64,000 bases of DNA from an uncultured Candidatus Saccharibacteria bacterium (GTDB lineage: Bacteria; Patescibacteriota; Saccharimonadia; Saccharimonadales; UBA4665). The stretch covers positions 238,994 to 302,993 of the forward strand of contig OY970151.1 in NCBI GenBank assembly GCA_963706245.1, in the 5' to 3' direction. The position numbers and the translations under genes were made by a program. Shown in pieces: positions 27,100-36,195 of this stretch. Positions within the stretch are counted from its first letter, which is position 1. Each line of letters begins with the position of its first letter. Under the pieces are notes generated by a model, which ran no database searches, was not told where the DNA came from, and worked only from the letters and a program-made list of their open reading frames with translations.

Positions 27100-28261
27100 T
27101 ACTAGTCAGTCCCGGGATTAGCTGCCAAGAGTGCAGATTTAGACCATAGTGATAAATAACAATAGTGACGATACTGGCTCCAATACCCATTAAAATTGTG
27201 CCCAGGGTTAGAGAGTATCGACCGAGGCTAGGGATAACTTTCTTGCCTAGAATGCCCATTGTTCCACCAATCCCAATAGCCAGCGGTATACCGGTTAGGG
27301 CAGCGTGAATTGGCGAAAAGCCCAGTCCAATCTGTAGTAGTAATCCAAAAGTTAGGAAATAGCCGATCATGGCCATTTCAAAAATCATGTTTATACTTAG
27401 TCCGACCCCAAAAGAATGATTCTTAAACATACTTAGCAGAACTAGCGGTGAGCCATCAACAGCCTCTTTATGTTTTTGCCACCAGGCGAAGATGGCAAAG
27501 ACCGGTAGTGAAGCGGCCATCATTATAAAGCTCCATATCGGCCAGTTTAGTTCTCGGCCTTGGATGAGTGGAAAAACTAGTAGTAAAAGTGCGAACATTA
27601 TAATAGCCGTGCCGACAAAATCTAACTTTAGGGGGTGAGATGACTTACCATTGGGTAGATACTTAATAGCCGCAAAGAGACCGAACAGGCCAATAGGGAC
27701 GTTAATTAAGAAAATTGGTCGCCAATCAAGGTTGAAGAAATTAGCCTTAATCAGTAAACCGCCAACGATCGGGCCAAGAGTTGCAGCTAGTCCACCCAGC
27801 CCACCAAATAGGCCGTTTATACCACCGCGCTCCGCAGGCTTATACATTACCTGCATCATGGACATTACCTGCGGAACCATCAGAGCGGCCATTGAGCCCT
27901 GAAGCACTCTGGCAGCAATTAGCATGGCCGGGTCTTGGGCGACACCGCTTAGTAGTGAAGCGACCGTAAAACCGCCAATACCGACTAGAAAAAGCTTCTT
28001 ATAGCCAAAAACATCGCCCATACGGCCGCCGGTAACTAGAAGTAGGGCAAAAGCTAGCGAGTAGCCGGCTACAATCCACTGGATAGCCGAGTAACTGGCT
28101 GCCAGATTAGCTTTAATTGACGGTATAGCAATATTAACGATCGTTGAATCAAGTAGATCCATGACAAAAGCCAGTGCCACAATAACTAGCGCTACGGTAC
28201 GCTGTTTATTGGTGAAAGTTGCCGCGTGTTCCTGTGCGGAAAGGGTCCCTGTATCTGCCAT
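27038..28261 (-). CDS. MFS (DHA2/EmrB-like) transporter, N-terminal fragment (12 TM) of a frame-disrupted gene
   Basis: LDSTIVNIAIPSI, GRMGDVFGYKK and similar DHA2 motifs. Goes out of frame after ...WQLIPGL near 27106. Confidence 0.8.
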   Translation of the reverse strand: MADTGTLSAQEHAATFTNKQRTVALVIVALAFVMDLLDSTIVNIAIPSIKANLAASYSAIQWIVAGYSLAFALLLVTGGRMGDVFGYKKLFLVGIGGFTVASLLSGVAQDPAMLIAARVLQGSMAALMVPQVMSMMQVMYKPAERGGINGLFGGLGGLAATLGPIVGGLLIKANFFNLDWRPIFLINVPIGLFGLFAAIKYLPNGKSSHPLKLDFVGTAIIMFALLLLVFPLIQGRELNWPIWSFIMMAASLPVFAIFAWWQKHKEAVDGSPLVLLSMFKNHSFGVGLSINMIFEMAMIGYFLTFGLLLQIGLGFSPIHAALTGIPLAIGIGGTMGILGKKVIPSLGRYSLTLGTILMGIGASIVTIVIYHYGLNLHSWQLIPGLTSNGNRHGLCLWSPICRRLKRC

Positions 28262-28304
28262 ATTTTAGATATAATACAGGAAAAGTCTCTCTAGCGCACC
28301 TATA

Positions 28305-28511
28305 GTGTATTTTGTACAGAAGGTAATACTGGGAGACTATATCATGACAGCAAGTAAAGTTAAGAGAGGTATAATTAAGTCATGGCAAACAAGAAAGACT
28401 GGAAGAGTAAGTGGAAAGATGTCAAAGGATTTTTTAAGTCTCTTGAAGCTCCTGAAGCCACACCTACTATTGACACTGGGATTAGCACGACTTGGGATCT
28501 TTCAACCATGA
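28305..28511 (+). CDS. small hypothetical protein (start more likely ATG 28344)
   Basis: GGGAG lies 8 nt before the ATG at 28344. No motif recognised. An alternative overlapping frame exists, so coding status is weak. Confidence 0.3.
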   Translation: MYFVQKVILGDYIMTASKVKRGIIKSWQTRKTGRVSGKMSKDFLSLLKLLKPHLLLTLGLARLGIFQP

Positions 28512-28536
28512 ACTATTCAATTGGTATAGATAGTCC

Positions 28537-28761
28537 TTGTTACTAATCCTGATGTTACTTTTCAAGAAGAACATGCAATCCATTGAATTGTCTCGGTTAA
28601 AGCAAGACCGAGAAGCTACTAATTTAAATCTGAAAGCTCAACACAGATTGATGATCGCTACCCTTATACTAGCCTTAGTAGCTGTCGTGGCTATCATAAC
28701 AAGTATAGTTATCGCAATTCACTCAAAACCAATAATTTTAAGAGTCTATCCAAAGAGCTAA
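28537..28761 (+). CDS. small single-TM protein
   Basis: 74 aa with one clear helix (LMIATLILALVAVVAIITSIVIAI). Confidence 0.4.
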   Translation: MLLILMLLFKKNMQSIELSRLKQDREATNLNLKAQHRLMIATLILALVAVVAIITSIVIAIHSKPIILRVYPKS

Positions 28762-28767
28762 AATCGC

Positions 28768-29001
28768 CTAATTTCCAGCGTCACTAACCCTATCTAACGC
28801 TTCTTTATAGTCCGTAAAATAAACTCGGTGTATTTTAATCGTCTCTAATGGGCTAATAACCTTAATCTCTTGCATCTTTTCTATTAGTTGGGCTGCTTTG
28901 CCATAGCCAATATTCAATTTTCTTTGTAGTAGTGAAGTACTAGCTTCTTTAGCCTCAACAACAACCTTAATTGCTTCTCTAAGTAGTTCCTCGTCCGTCA
29001 T
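28768..29001 (-). CDS. stand-alone FtsK-gamma (winged-helix, KOPS-reader type) domain protein
   Basis: ASTSLLQRKLNIGYGKAAQLIEKMQE matches the FtsK gamma consensus (S.SLLQR.L.IGY.RAA.LI...E). Confidence 0.7.
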   Translation of the reverse strand: MTDEELLREAIKVVVEAKEASTSLLQRKLNIGYGKAAQLIEKMQEIKVISPLETIKIHRVYFTDYKEALDRVSDAGN

Positions 29002-29093
29002 ATTTTGATTATACTCGTTTACTTGCTATGAAGGGATAGTCTCCTAATACTGTACTTGCTTATTATCAAATAAAGTGTCAAAATAGCACTTAA

Positions 29094-29765
29094 ATGGACA
29101 GTCAAGAATTTATTCCGAGTTTACGAATTCGACGGCGTGTTATTGGTTTACCAGACGATTTTGGTTGGCGTATGGCGCGGGAAGTTTCTCTTACTCCTGA
29201 AATTGCTCGCAGTGATGTCCATCTTCAGCTTAGACAAGGCACTATATTGGATCTAGTGCGGCCTAGTGAATTCCAAACCCTGTTTGAGTATACTGGCCAG
29301 GAGCCATCGCCCGAAGCCATAGGGGATCTAGCTAAACGCGTAGAGTCACACTTTCCACCCAAATTCAGGAAGCCGCTTAGGATTGATCTAAAACCTCTCG
29401 ACTCTACAGAGCATATATATGACGGCAATAAGTTTAATAGGCCTGGAGAGAAAGTAGATTTCTTTGGTTTCCAATCGCCTCATAGCGAGACTTTAAACAA
29501 ACAGATATACCTTGCCCGGCAAATAGTTGCTAGGTGTCTTGAGCTTGATCCAAACGATCCTGAAACTAAAGCTCTCTGGAATAACCGTTTTAAGGGCAGG
29601 CTATTGGTTGCTGGTGTTCTCGGGGTCGATAATTATATCGGGATGAAGAGACTGTATGCTCGTAGTAAAGTTTTCCCTACTACGGTGCTGCTTGGCGCGG
29701 TAGAGTGCCGACCAAAACTACAAAAAAATAACTTACCGGTCGTCGCTACGCGAGAGAAACGCTAG
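29094..29765 (+). CDS. hypothetical protein
   Basis: 223-aa ORF with no competing frame and no recognised motif. Confidence 0.55.
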   Translation: MDSQEFIPSLRIRRRVIGLPDDFGWRMAREVSLTPEIARSDVHLQLRQGTILDLVRPSEFQTLFEYTGQEPSPEAIGDLAKRVESHFPPKFRKPLRIDLKPLDSTEHIYDGNKFNRPGEKVDFFGFQSPHSETLNKQIYLARQIVARCLELDPNDPETKALWNNRFKGRLLVAGVLGVDNYIGMKRLYARSKVFPTTVLLGAVECRPKLQKNNLPVVATREKR

Positions 29766-29801
29766 TATAGTCCGAGTCATGCTGTATACTTCTAAATAAG
29801 T

Positions 29802-30203
29802 ATGAACGAAGATACCTCAACGCCAGCTTCGGGAGTTAACAGCGTCGTTATGCATGATGATTATATTCAAGCTATCTGGGACGGGGCCCAAGATGTCACG
29901 AAGGTGCGTCAGACGAACATAGAGACCCTCAAATGGGCGGAAGTGATAAGAGCCCAGGGAAAACCCATACTTCTATCGCTAGAGGTTATAAACCATCCTC
30001 TGATGCCTAATATGGCGGCGTTCAAAGAAGTCATGAAAGTGTTTAGGGCTATAAGCTTCGACAAAGTGGTAATTTGTGGAACAGTATCTCCAATGCTAAT
30101 GAGCCTCATAACTACTGTCATGAGTTCCTTCAAGAAAGAGATACAGATTAACTATATAGCCGATCCTGAGGCGGCCCTAGCCTGGCTGAGAAGTACCCCT
30201 TAG
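29802..30203 (+). CDS. hypothetical protein (STAS/SpoIIAA-like pattern?)
   Basis: 133 aa. The pattern ...GKPILLSLEV...FDKVVICG...DPEAALAWL resembles SpoIIAA-like STAS domains. Weak. Confidence 0.5.
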   Translation: MNEDTSTPASGVNSVVMHDDYIQAIWDGAQDVTKVRQTNIETLKWAEVIRAQGKPILLSLEVINHPLMPNMAAFKEVMKVFRAISFDKVVICGTVSPMLMSLITTVMSSFKKEIQINYIADPEAALAWLRSTP

Positions 30204-30611
30204 CTTGATTTATACAGCGAATTGTCCACTTTTTAGGTGATAATCTTGCTATTTTATTAAGCCATATAAATATAAGAAATTTAAGTGTCTAATCATCACA
30301 GATCGTCTCTGTTAATTAACTAGAAACATACCCTAAAAACTATACTATAACATATATTTTTTTGGCATTTATAGGCTAATATTTGACAAACATGAAGGCT
30401 AAATATGGTGTAATAAATACACTTGTTTTAAACCCATGCGTGATATATATTGATGATAACGTTAAAAACTAAGAGGTAGACAAAAATAGAAAGCTTCCTA
30501 GGTTTTGCGTTCGAGAAACTTATGTGTGAGGTGAAGATATCGATAAGTGAACACTGTGCTCGCTGTATCGGTATTTTTATTTTGTAGACTGTTTATTTAT
30601 ACATTTATTAA

Positions 30612-30836
30612 TCAGATTCTTACGAAAATATCACCTTGATTACTTGTTACAGTGTCTAGATTCTGCCAGCCTAGCCTGGCTAGCGTGCCTATTTGACCGG
30701 CTAATTTTGCAATATCTAATCTGACCTGTTCATGCGCGGCAATCGTTTCGACCCCATTTAGCTCCAGAGGTTCCGTGTCCAGGCCTGCGATAATAAAATT
30801 ATCTGAACTTCGTGCTGTAGGAGAAACTATTCCCAT
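30612..30836 (-). CDS. hypothetical protein, possibly the C-terminal half of a frame-disrupted gene
   Basis: No RBS. Overlaps the upstream ORF by 38 nt in another frame. Confidence 0.4.
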   Translation of the reverse strand: MGIVSPTARSSDNFIIAGLDTEPLELNGVETIAAHEQVRLDIAKLAGQIGTLARLGWQNLDTVTSNQGDIFVRI

Positions 30837-31089
30837 CAGTTGGCACGATTATTAAACTATGCGATCTTTCCTCGACAGTTGCTTCAGTTCTCCAGAAGAT
30901 TGCAGTTCCATCAACGAAACGACCGATGTATGTAACCAGTCCACTGTCTGGACGGTAGTCTATCTCGTTAACCGATGATTTATTGACTAGTTTCTTGGGA
31001 TAGTTATCCAGGGCTTTTTGGGTAGCTTTCAGATCCCAGACACACATTCTTTTAGGCTCCAAGCTAAGAATCCTCTCATATGACGTCAT
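30799..31089 (-). CDS. hypothetical protein, possibly the N-terminal half of a frame-disrupted gene
   Basis: 96-aa ORF ending inside the start of ORF 30612..30836. Confidence 0.45.
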   Translation of the reverse strand: MTSYERILSLEPKRMCVWDLKATQKALDNYPKKLVNKSSVNEIDYRPDSGLVTYIGRFVDGTAIFWRTEATVEERSHSLIIVPTDGNSFSYSTKFR

Positions 31090-31159
31090 AATAGGATTGT
31101 ACTCTAAGTAGAAGCCTCAACCATGAGCTGAATCGAGGATGTAATGATAAACAGGTAAC

Positions 31160-31187
31160 TTGACAATAATTATAATATAGTTATAAT
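31160..31187 (+). promoter_or_regulatory. consensus promoter TTGACA-16-TATAAT of the TA operon, with operator-like palindrome
   Basis: TTGACA 31160..31165 and TATAAT 31182..31187. The ATG lies 6 nt after the -10 box, so the transcript is leaderless. ATTATAA-tatag-TTATAAT inverted repeat spans the -10. Confidence 0.6.
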
Positions 31188-31193
31188 AAAATT

Positions 31194-31412
31194 ATGATCG
31201 AAACAACTCAAAAAATTATTCAAATAGGTTCTAGCCAGGGCGTCACTTTATCCAAGAAGGATTTAGCACGACTTGGCGCAAAACGCGGTGATATTCTTAG
31301 CCTGAAAGTTGAGTTAGTCTCAGGAGATGAGAAACAAGAAAAACTAATGAGTGAATATGGCTCGTTCTTAAGTAAGTACGGGCAAACCCTTAAAAATCTC
31401 GCCGGCAAATGA
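31194..31412 (+). CDS. AbrB/MazE/SpoVT-type antitoxin
   Basis: IQIGSSQGVTLSKKDLARLGAKRGDIL swapped-hairpin motif. ATGA overlap with the Doc gene. Confidence 0.8.
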   Translation: MIETTQKIIQIGSSQGVTLSKKDLARLGAKRGDILSLKVELVSGDEKQEKLMSEYGSFLSKYGQTLKNLAGK

Positions 31413-31807
31413 GAGTCCGATATCTATCTTTAGAAGAGATATTACGTATTCATTTCCAGGTTATCGAGGATTTCGGGGGATCACACGGTGTGCGCGATGA
31501 AGGTCGTTTGAAATCTGTTGTAGAAGCGCCTAAGCTAGTCGCTTTTGGGGTATCACAGTACAATACAGTCTTCGACAAAGCCGCGGTCTATATGAGAAAC
31601 ATAATTGGCGATCATCCATTTACTGATGGCAATAAACGAACAGCTGTCACTGTTGCAGCAATATTTTTGATGCGGAATGGATACGTTTTTGGAACAAGCC
31701 CTCTCGAGCTTGAAGATTTTACTGTAAACGTTGTAACTAAAAAGTACACAGTGGCTGAAATCAGCGAGTGGATTGCGGCTAATACGAAAAAAGCCCGTAG
31801 TTACTGA
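31409..31807 (+). CDS. doc: Fic/Doc family toxin (death-on-curing)
   Basis: Doc signature HPFTDGNKRTA (HxFx[DN][AG]NKR). Confidence 0.9.
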   Translation: MRVRYLSLEEILRIHFQVIEDFGGSHGVRDEGRLKSVVEAPKLVAFGVSQYNTVFDKAAVYMRNIIGDHPFTDGNKRTAVTVAAIFLMRNGYVFGTSPLELEDFTVNVVTKKYTVAEISEWIAANTKKARSY

Positions 31808-31826
31808 GTCGCTTCTTCCCCCGCAC

Positions 31827-32333
31827 TTACCAGCCACCTTTTTGACAGCCATTTTGATCTGGTGGATCTTTCTGAATCTTTTCAGCCTCTATTATTTGCT
31901 CATCAGGGGTCGCCTCGTAGCCTTTTGGCGCATACTGCTGGCCACCGTTAGCTATCCAGTTCTTGGCCGTTTCACCCAGGCCATCGAAACCGGGAGCTCC
32001 GCCATGCCAAGTACCTTCCTCACAGGGGATTACTTTTGACCATTCTTCAAATTCTTTTGGTGTGACTTCCTTAGCGGCAATCTCGGCCAAGCTGGGGCGA
32101 TGGGCTAACTCCTCGTGGGTATTTTGCGATAGGATAGTAATATTAATACTATTTAGTGGAACTATCGGCTTTGAGGAGTAATTCAATTGTTCGGCGTCCA
32201 GGGACATGTGGATTTCATGGGCGGGCATGGCGTTTGCCGGGATATTCACCTCAGATTTAATCGCCAAAGAAGATATGGCAAAGAATGCCAGGGTAATCTT
32301 GGGTACCTTGTATGATTCAGGTGATTTAGACAT
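31827..32333 (-). CDS. membrane-anchored/secreted protein with C-terminal Rpf-like transglycosylase domain
   Basis: W..V.PCEEGTW...GFDG....W.A.GG..YAP....TPDEQIIEAEKIQ aligns by eye with the Rpf core (CESNGTW, GF.GG.QF, W...GG, EQI..AE). Confidence 0.6.
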   Translation of the reverse strand: MSKSPESYKVPKITLAFFAISSLAIKSEVNIPANAMPAHEIHMSLDAEQLNYSSKPIVPLNSINITILSQNTHEELAHRPSLAEIAAKEVTPKEFEEWSKVIPCEEGTWHGGAPGFDGLGETAKNWIANGGQQYAPKGYEATPDEQIIEAEKIQKDPPDQNGCQKGGW

Positions 32334-32581
32334 ACTACCCTCCTAAATACGTAGGTATAGTTATGTGTTGATATCACATGAATGTGTGTTTAAGTGATTG
32401 CTATCTCGATTGTATAAAGTGGCTTAATGCGCCACATCGTTAATCAGGTTAGTAAGCACTAATGATTACATTCACGCCCCTATAGTTTAACAGATAGATT
32501 CTGTTATTGAGGTGATATTACGCACAGTCTTAGCCAACCGGAAAACGATGCGCTGTCGCTAATATAGTAGAATTTATAATA

Positions 32582-33115
32582 ATGACAGCTAACCAGATCC
32601 CAATTTTTAACTCCAAACCCCCGGGAATAATAAAAACTACTGATGATAGCCTATTCTTAAGATTAATTTCCTTAGAAGATGAGAGAGACTTCTATAATCT
32701 AGGTCTAGACCCTGATGTCGCCAGGTTTAATAACTACAACATTCATACACTTAAAGACGCTAGAGACAAAATAAATTCATTCCTGAGAGAAATAGGTAAT
32801 CTAGAGCGCTTTAGCTACTCAATCATTAAGAACAATAAGTTCGCTGGCTATTATGGAATCTGGGTAGAAAATAATAATCCTGGATATTTTCGGGAAGGCG
32901 TAGCGATATTCCCAAAGTATCGTCGGCAGGGGATTTATAGCCGTTGTTCTGAGGCCATGGTTAGAGTGCTCAAGCTGCAGTATAGACACATCAATTTAGT
33001 CGATAACGTTGATGCTTCAAATATTCCAAGCATTGAGGCATCAAAATCACGCGGTTTTAAACAAGACGGGCTTAACGAGATAGGTGAGTTAAGATTCGTG
33101 AAGAAAATATTGTAA
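32582..33115 (+). CDS. GNAT family N-acetyltransferase
   Basis: RRQGIYSRCSEAMV (Q/RxxGxG/A-like acetyl-CoA loop) and ...NIPSIEASKSRGFK, typical of RimJ/L-like GNATs. Confidence 0.75.
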   Translation: MTANQIPIFNSKPPGIIKTTDDSLFLRLISLEDERDFYNLGLDPDVARFNNYNIHTLKDARDKINSFLREIGNLERFSYSIIKNNKFAGYYGIWVENNNPGYFREGVAIFPKYRRQGIYSRCSEAMVRVLKLQYRHINLVDNVDASNIPSIEASKSRGFKQDGLNEIGELRFVKKIL

Positions 33116-33191
33116 CCAACTTTTCTCGCGTACAATATAATAATACCAAGAGATTTATCACTAGTGGTTTATCGGAGACAGAATAATAGCT

Positions 33192-33836
33192 ATGCCGGGC
33201 AATATTAGGATTAATTGGAGAGGTCTGACTATACTCAGCGTCCTATCGGGTATAATCTATAACTCCTGGCCACTTGGCTATTGGTTAAACCCCTACGTTG
33301 CTCAACATGATCTGGCCAGCGATCTTGAAAGTCTCAATGAACCCTTTAGGTGGGTATTTGTTGATGGCGATATAGTTAGTAGCGTTCTACTGATCATTGT
33401 AGCCGTCGCCCTGGTCGTAGTAATACGAAAGTCGTTTAAGCCGACCTTAGTTATTGTCGCCCTTTCTAATGCAATTGCTTTTGCTGTTGGCACGATAGTC
33501 GATGCATTAATCCCTTTACACTGTGACCCTTCCGTTCAGAGATGTCAGCCCTATATTCATAACCCCGTATTATTAATTCACGGCGTGTTTAGTATCATGG
33601 CCTCAGTCTGCTTATTCGTAGCTATGGCCATTTTTTGGTGGTTAGACAAGCGGAGTCATCTTATGCGGGGGATTGTCCTTGGCTATATTTTGTTCGGTAT
33701 CTTTTCGATTATTTCGATACTTATACCCGGGCAAGATAATTGGGCGCAGCACTATAGCTTGGCTCTTGATGGTGTCTGCATCGCGGTAATACCTTTTATT
33801 ACGATGCAGCTTATCAATCTGAGAAAAACTACTTAG
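33192..33836 (+). CDS. polytopic membrane protein (DUF998-like?); paralog of 7234..7893
   Basis: Shared N-terminal motif and topology with the 7234 gene. Confidence 0.55.
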   Translation: MPGNIRINWRGLTILSVLSGIIYNSWPLGYWLNPYVAQHDLASDLESLNEPFRWVFVDGDIVSSVLLIIVAVALVVVIRKSFKPTLVIVALSNAIAFAVGTIVDALIPLHCDPSVQRCQPYIHNPVLLIHGVFSIMASVCLFVAMAIFWWLDKRSHLMRGIVLGYILFGIFSIISILIPGQDNWAQHYSLALDGVCIAVIPFITMQLINLRKTT

Positions 33837-33838
33837 TT

Positions 33839-34180
33839 TTAAACACCTGCTTGCTTCATTCTTTCGCGAATCACTTTTTCAATAAGAGCATCTGGCAGAG
33901 GCTGACCAAACTTCTCGTGGATAGCACTTTTAGTCCCGCCATAATTTTCAAGTCCTTTTATTTTTGAAACGACACTACCGCTGAATGGATAGATACCGAT
34001 GTGATTTTTGTGGACATAAAAACCGATTATAGATTTACCTTTGTATTTTAGTGTTGGCATCCTGTAAGAAATTATCTCTTCGCAGCCGGGTAAAAGTCTT
34101 TTGGCGATTGAACGAATTCGCTCTAGCTCTTTACGTAGCCCCGGGTCAAATTGTTTTATGTAGTCATCGATAACACTCAT
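33839..34180 (-). CDS. DUF1801 (YdhG-like) domain protein
   Basis: MSVIDDYIKQF...EIISYRMPTLKYKGKSIIGFYVHKNHIGIYPF pattern. Start moved to the internal ATG at 34180. Confidence 0.7.
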   Translation of the reverse strand: MSVIDDYIKQFDPGLRKELERIRSIAKRLLPGCEEIISYRMPTLKYKGKSIIGFYVHKNHIGIYPFSGSVVSKIKGLENYGGTKSAIHEKFGQPLPDALIEKVIRERMKQAGV

Positions 34181-34266
34181 AAAAAAATAATGCCACAAAA
34201 GTAGCAATATTCATATAGTCTATGCCGGCTGGCTATCTAATACGAAGCTACAGCAAAATCAGTGAA

Positions 34267-35973
34267 TCAATCTTTACGAAAAACACGTTTAATAATTAGA
34301 CCTGTAGCTAGACTTAGGAATGACAGGGGAGCCATAATAGCCAGTCTATTATTACTTGGCAGCCCATAACCCGTATCCGGCGCAGCGGTCTTGAGAGCTA
34401 GTCCGACGGGATCTGATATAGCATCAAAGTTGGGGTTGGTGTCTAATAAATTAGTTTCGGAAAGGTTGTATGTAACTTGAAGAGCCGGCTGGCCGTTATA
34501 GGTTGTCTCAGTAATCGTAGCCCCGTTCACGGTCGCATACTGCCTGGTAGTGGAGTTGTAACTACGAAGAACAACCTGATTCGGTGTTAAGTTTGTTACA
34601 AATGTTAAAGTGATTGGATCCGATGGGCTAACGGCATTAAAGTCAAAGTCCAAAAGCCCAAGAGGATAACTGTAGCCACTGTCAGCAGTTGGCAGACTAG
34701 ATTCTGAGACTGTCGAATTATAAGTAACATTAGTGCCGCTTGGAGTGAGGATGACTACAGGACTGCTATTTACGGCGTTACTAAAGGTTGCAGTATTACT
34801 CTCATCACTGGCGTCAAAGCCGGTGTAGGCGTATGCTTCGCTGGCCACAATGCTGTGAGAGCCGTTGTTGTTGATAGCAACAGCATCCCATGAGTTTGTA
34901 TCGGCATCGCTATATGATAGGTCAGGATCTTCCTGTGTCCAGGTCGTTCCGTCATTGCCCGATAAATACATGGTGTCATTAGAGTCATCGAGAACAGATA
35001 ATTCTTGGCCGTTACCCGAAAGAGCGATGGCGTTCGGTTCGTTAGTTGAGGTATTAGGTGGCGTGACGTCTGTCCAATCAGCGCCATCGTCATTTGATAC
35101 GTTAACGTCGTTATACCATCCATCATTATATCCGTAGGTCGAAACCGCCAGCTCATCGCCGTTTGCCGATAAAGCAGCTCTGGTGTTTAATACGACTTGA
35201 TCATCGCCAGTTGGGTCTGGGGTAACGTCAGTCCAGCTATTACCGCCATTAGTTGAGATGTCAATCATAGAATTGAGATCATATGAATTCTCACCCCCAA
35301 CTAATATTTTACTGCCGTTGCTGGAGATACTGACAGAACTCCACCAATTTACATTAGAAGTGGTTGCGCTGGTGTTCCAGGTTGCGCCTCCGTCATTCGA
35401 TATATAAACGTTGCTTAAGTCGTCGTTTGCGAGAGCGGCTATTTCACTTCCATCACCTGATATGGCCACGTAGTCCCACTGGGTTGGTCCGCTAGTCGGG
35501 GAGATCTTTGTCCAACTGCTGCCACCGTCATGAGATATAAAAATGTTGCCACCAACATCATTGGTCGTACTGATATTTACAGCGTCATTACTAGCAGCAA
35601 CCAGAGTATTGCCATCGGCTGACGCGGCAACCGACTGCCAATCATCTTGTATACCGTTGTCGGCATTGCTGGCAACGTTTTCCCAGGTAGCTCCGTAATT
35701 AGACGAAACGTATAATGGGCTTGGATCAGTACCATTGCCACCTTCAGTTACTCCGACAATCAAGTGACTGCCATCTGCCGAGCTGGCTACTGAGGTGTAA
35801 GATCCGCCCAGAAGATTTAAGGGATCTTGTCTTGTCCATTGGTACTCATTACCGACAGCGTAAGCATCGAAGGGAACAGTCAAACGAGCTGCCGTTAGCA
35901 GTAGACACAAAGTAACCGCTGTTATTATAAACTTGCGAGTATGTCCGCTTATGGCTAGCTGTTTGTTTGTCAC
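34267..35973 (-). CDS. secreted BNR/Asp-box repeat beta-propeller protein with C-terminal PDTG sorting-type signal
   Basis: Six SxDxGxTW-type boxes (SSNYGATW, SHDGGSSW, SNDGGATW, STNGGNSW, SNDDGADW, SGNDGTTW). C-terminus APDTGYG + helix + KRVFRKD. Confidence 0.8.
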   Translation of the reverse strand: MTNKQLAISGHTRKFIITAVTLCLLLTAARLTVPFDAYAVGNEYQWTRQDPLNLLGGSYTSVASSADGSHLIVGVTEGGNGTDPSPLYVSSNYGATWENVASNADNGIQDDWQSVAASADGNTLVAASNDAVNISTTNDVGGNIFISHDGGSSWTKISPTSGPTQWDYVAISGDGSEIAALANDDLSNVYISNDGGATWNTSATTSNVNWWSSVSISSNGSKILVGGENSYDLNSMIDISTNGGNSWTDVTPDPTGDDQVVLNTRAALSANGDELAVSTYGYNDGWYNDVNVSNDDGADWTDVTPPNTSTNEPNAIALSGNGQELSVLDDSNDTMYLSGNDGTTWTQEDPDLSYSDADTNSWDAVAINNNGSHSIVASEAYAYTGFDASDESNTATFSNAVNSSPVVILTPSGTNVTYNSTVSESSLPTADSGYSYPLGLLDFDFNAVSPSDPITLTFVTNLTPNQVVLRSYNSTTRQYATVNGATITETTYNGQPALQVTYNLSETNLLDTNPNFDAISDPVGLALKTAAPDTGYGLPSNNRLAIMAPLSFLSLATGLIIKRVFRKD

Positions 35974-36195
35974 TTGGTTGCCCTAAACTTCCTTTAAGCG
36001 TAAGTATATCCTGACTATTAGACAAGCACAAGTATTATTTTTCACTAGGTTTTATTGAACTACCGTTGCCAACTAAAACTACCGAGGATGTAGGAGCTAA
36101 AGCGCAAGTGTTGTCCCGAGAAGAATTGTTTCTTGTAAACATCAATTAGTGACCTGGGTTCTTGTTGTATCAGCTGAGAATGGATGATTAGAGTC

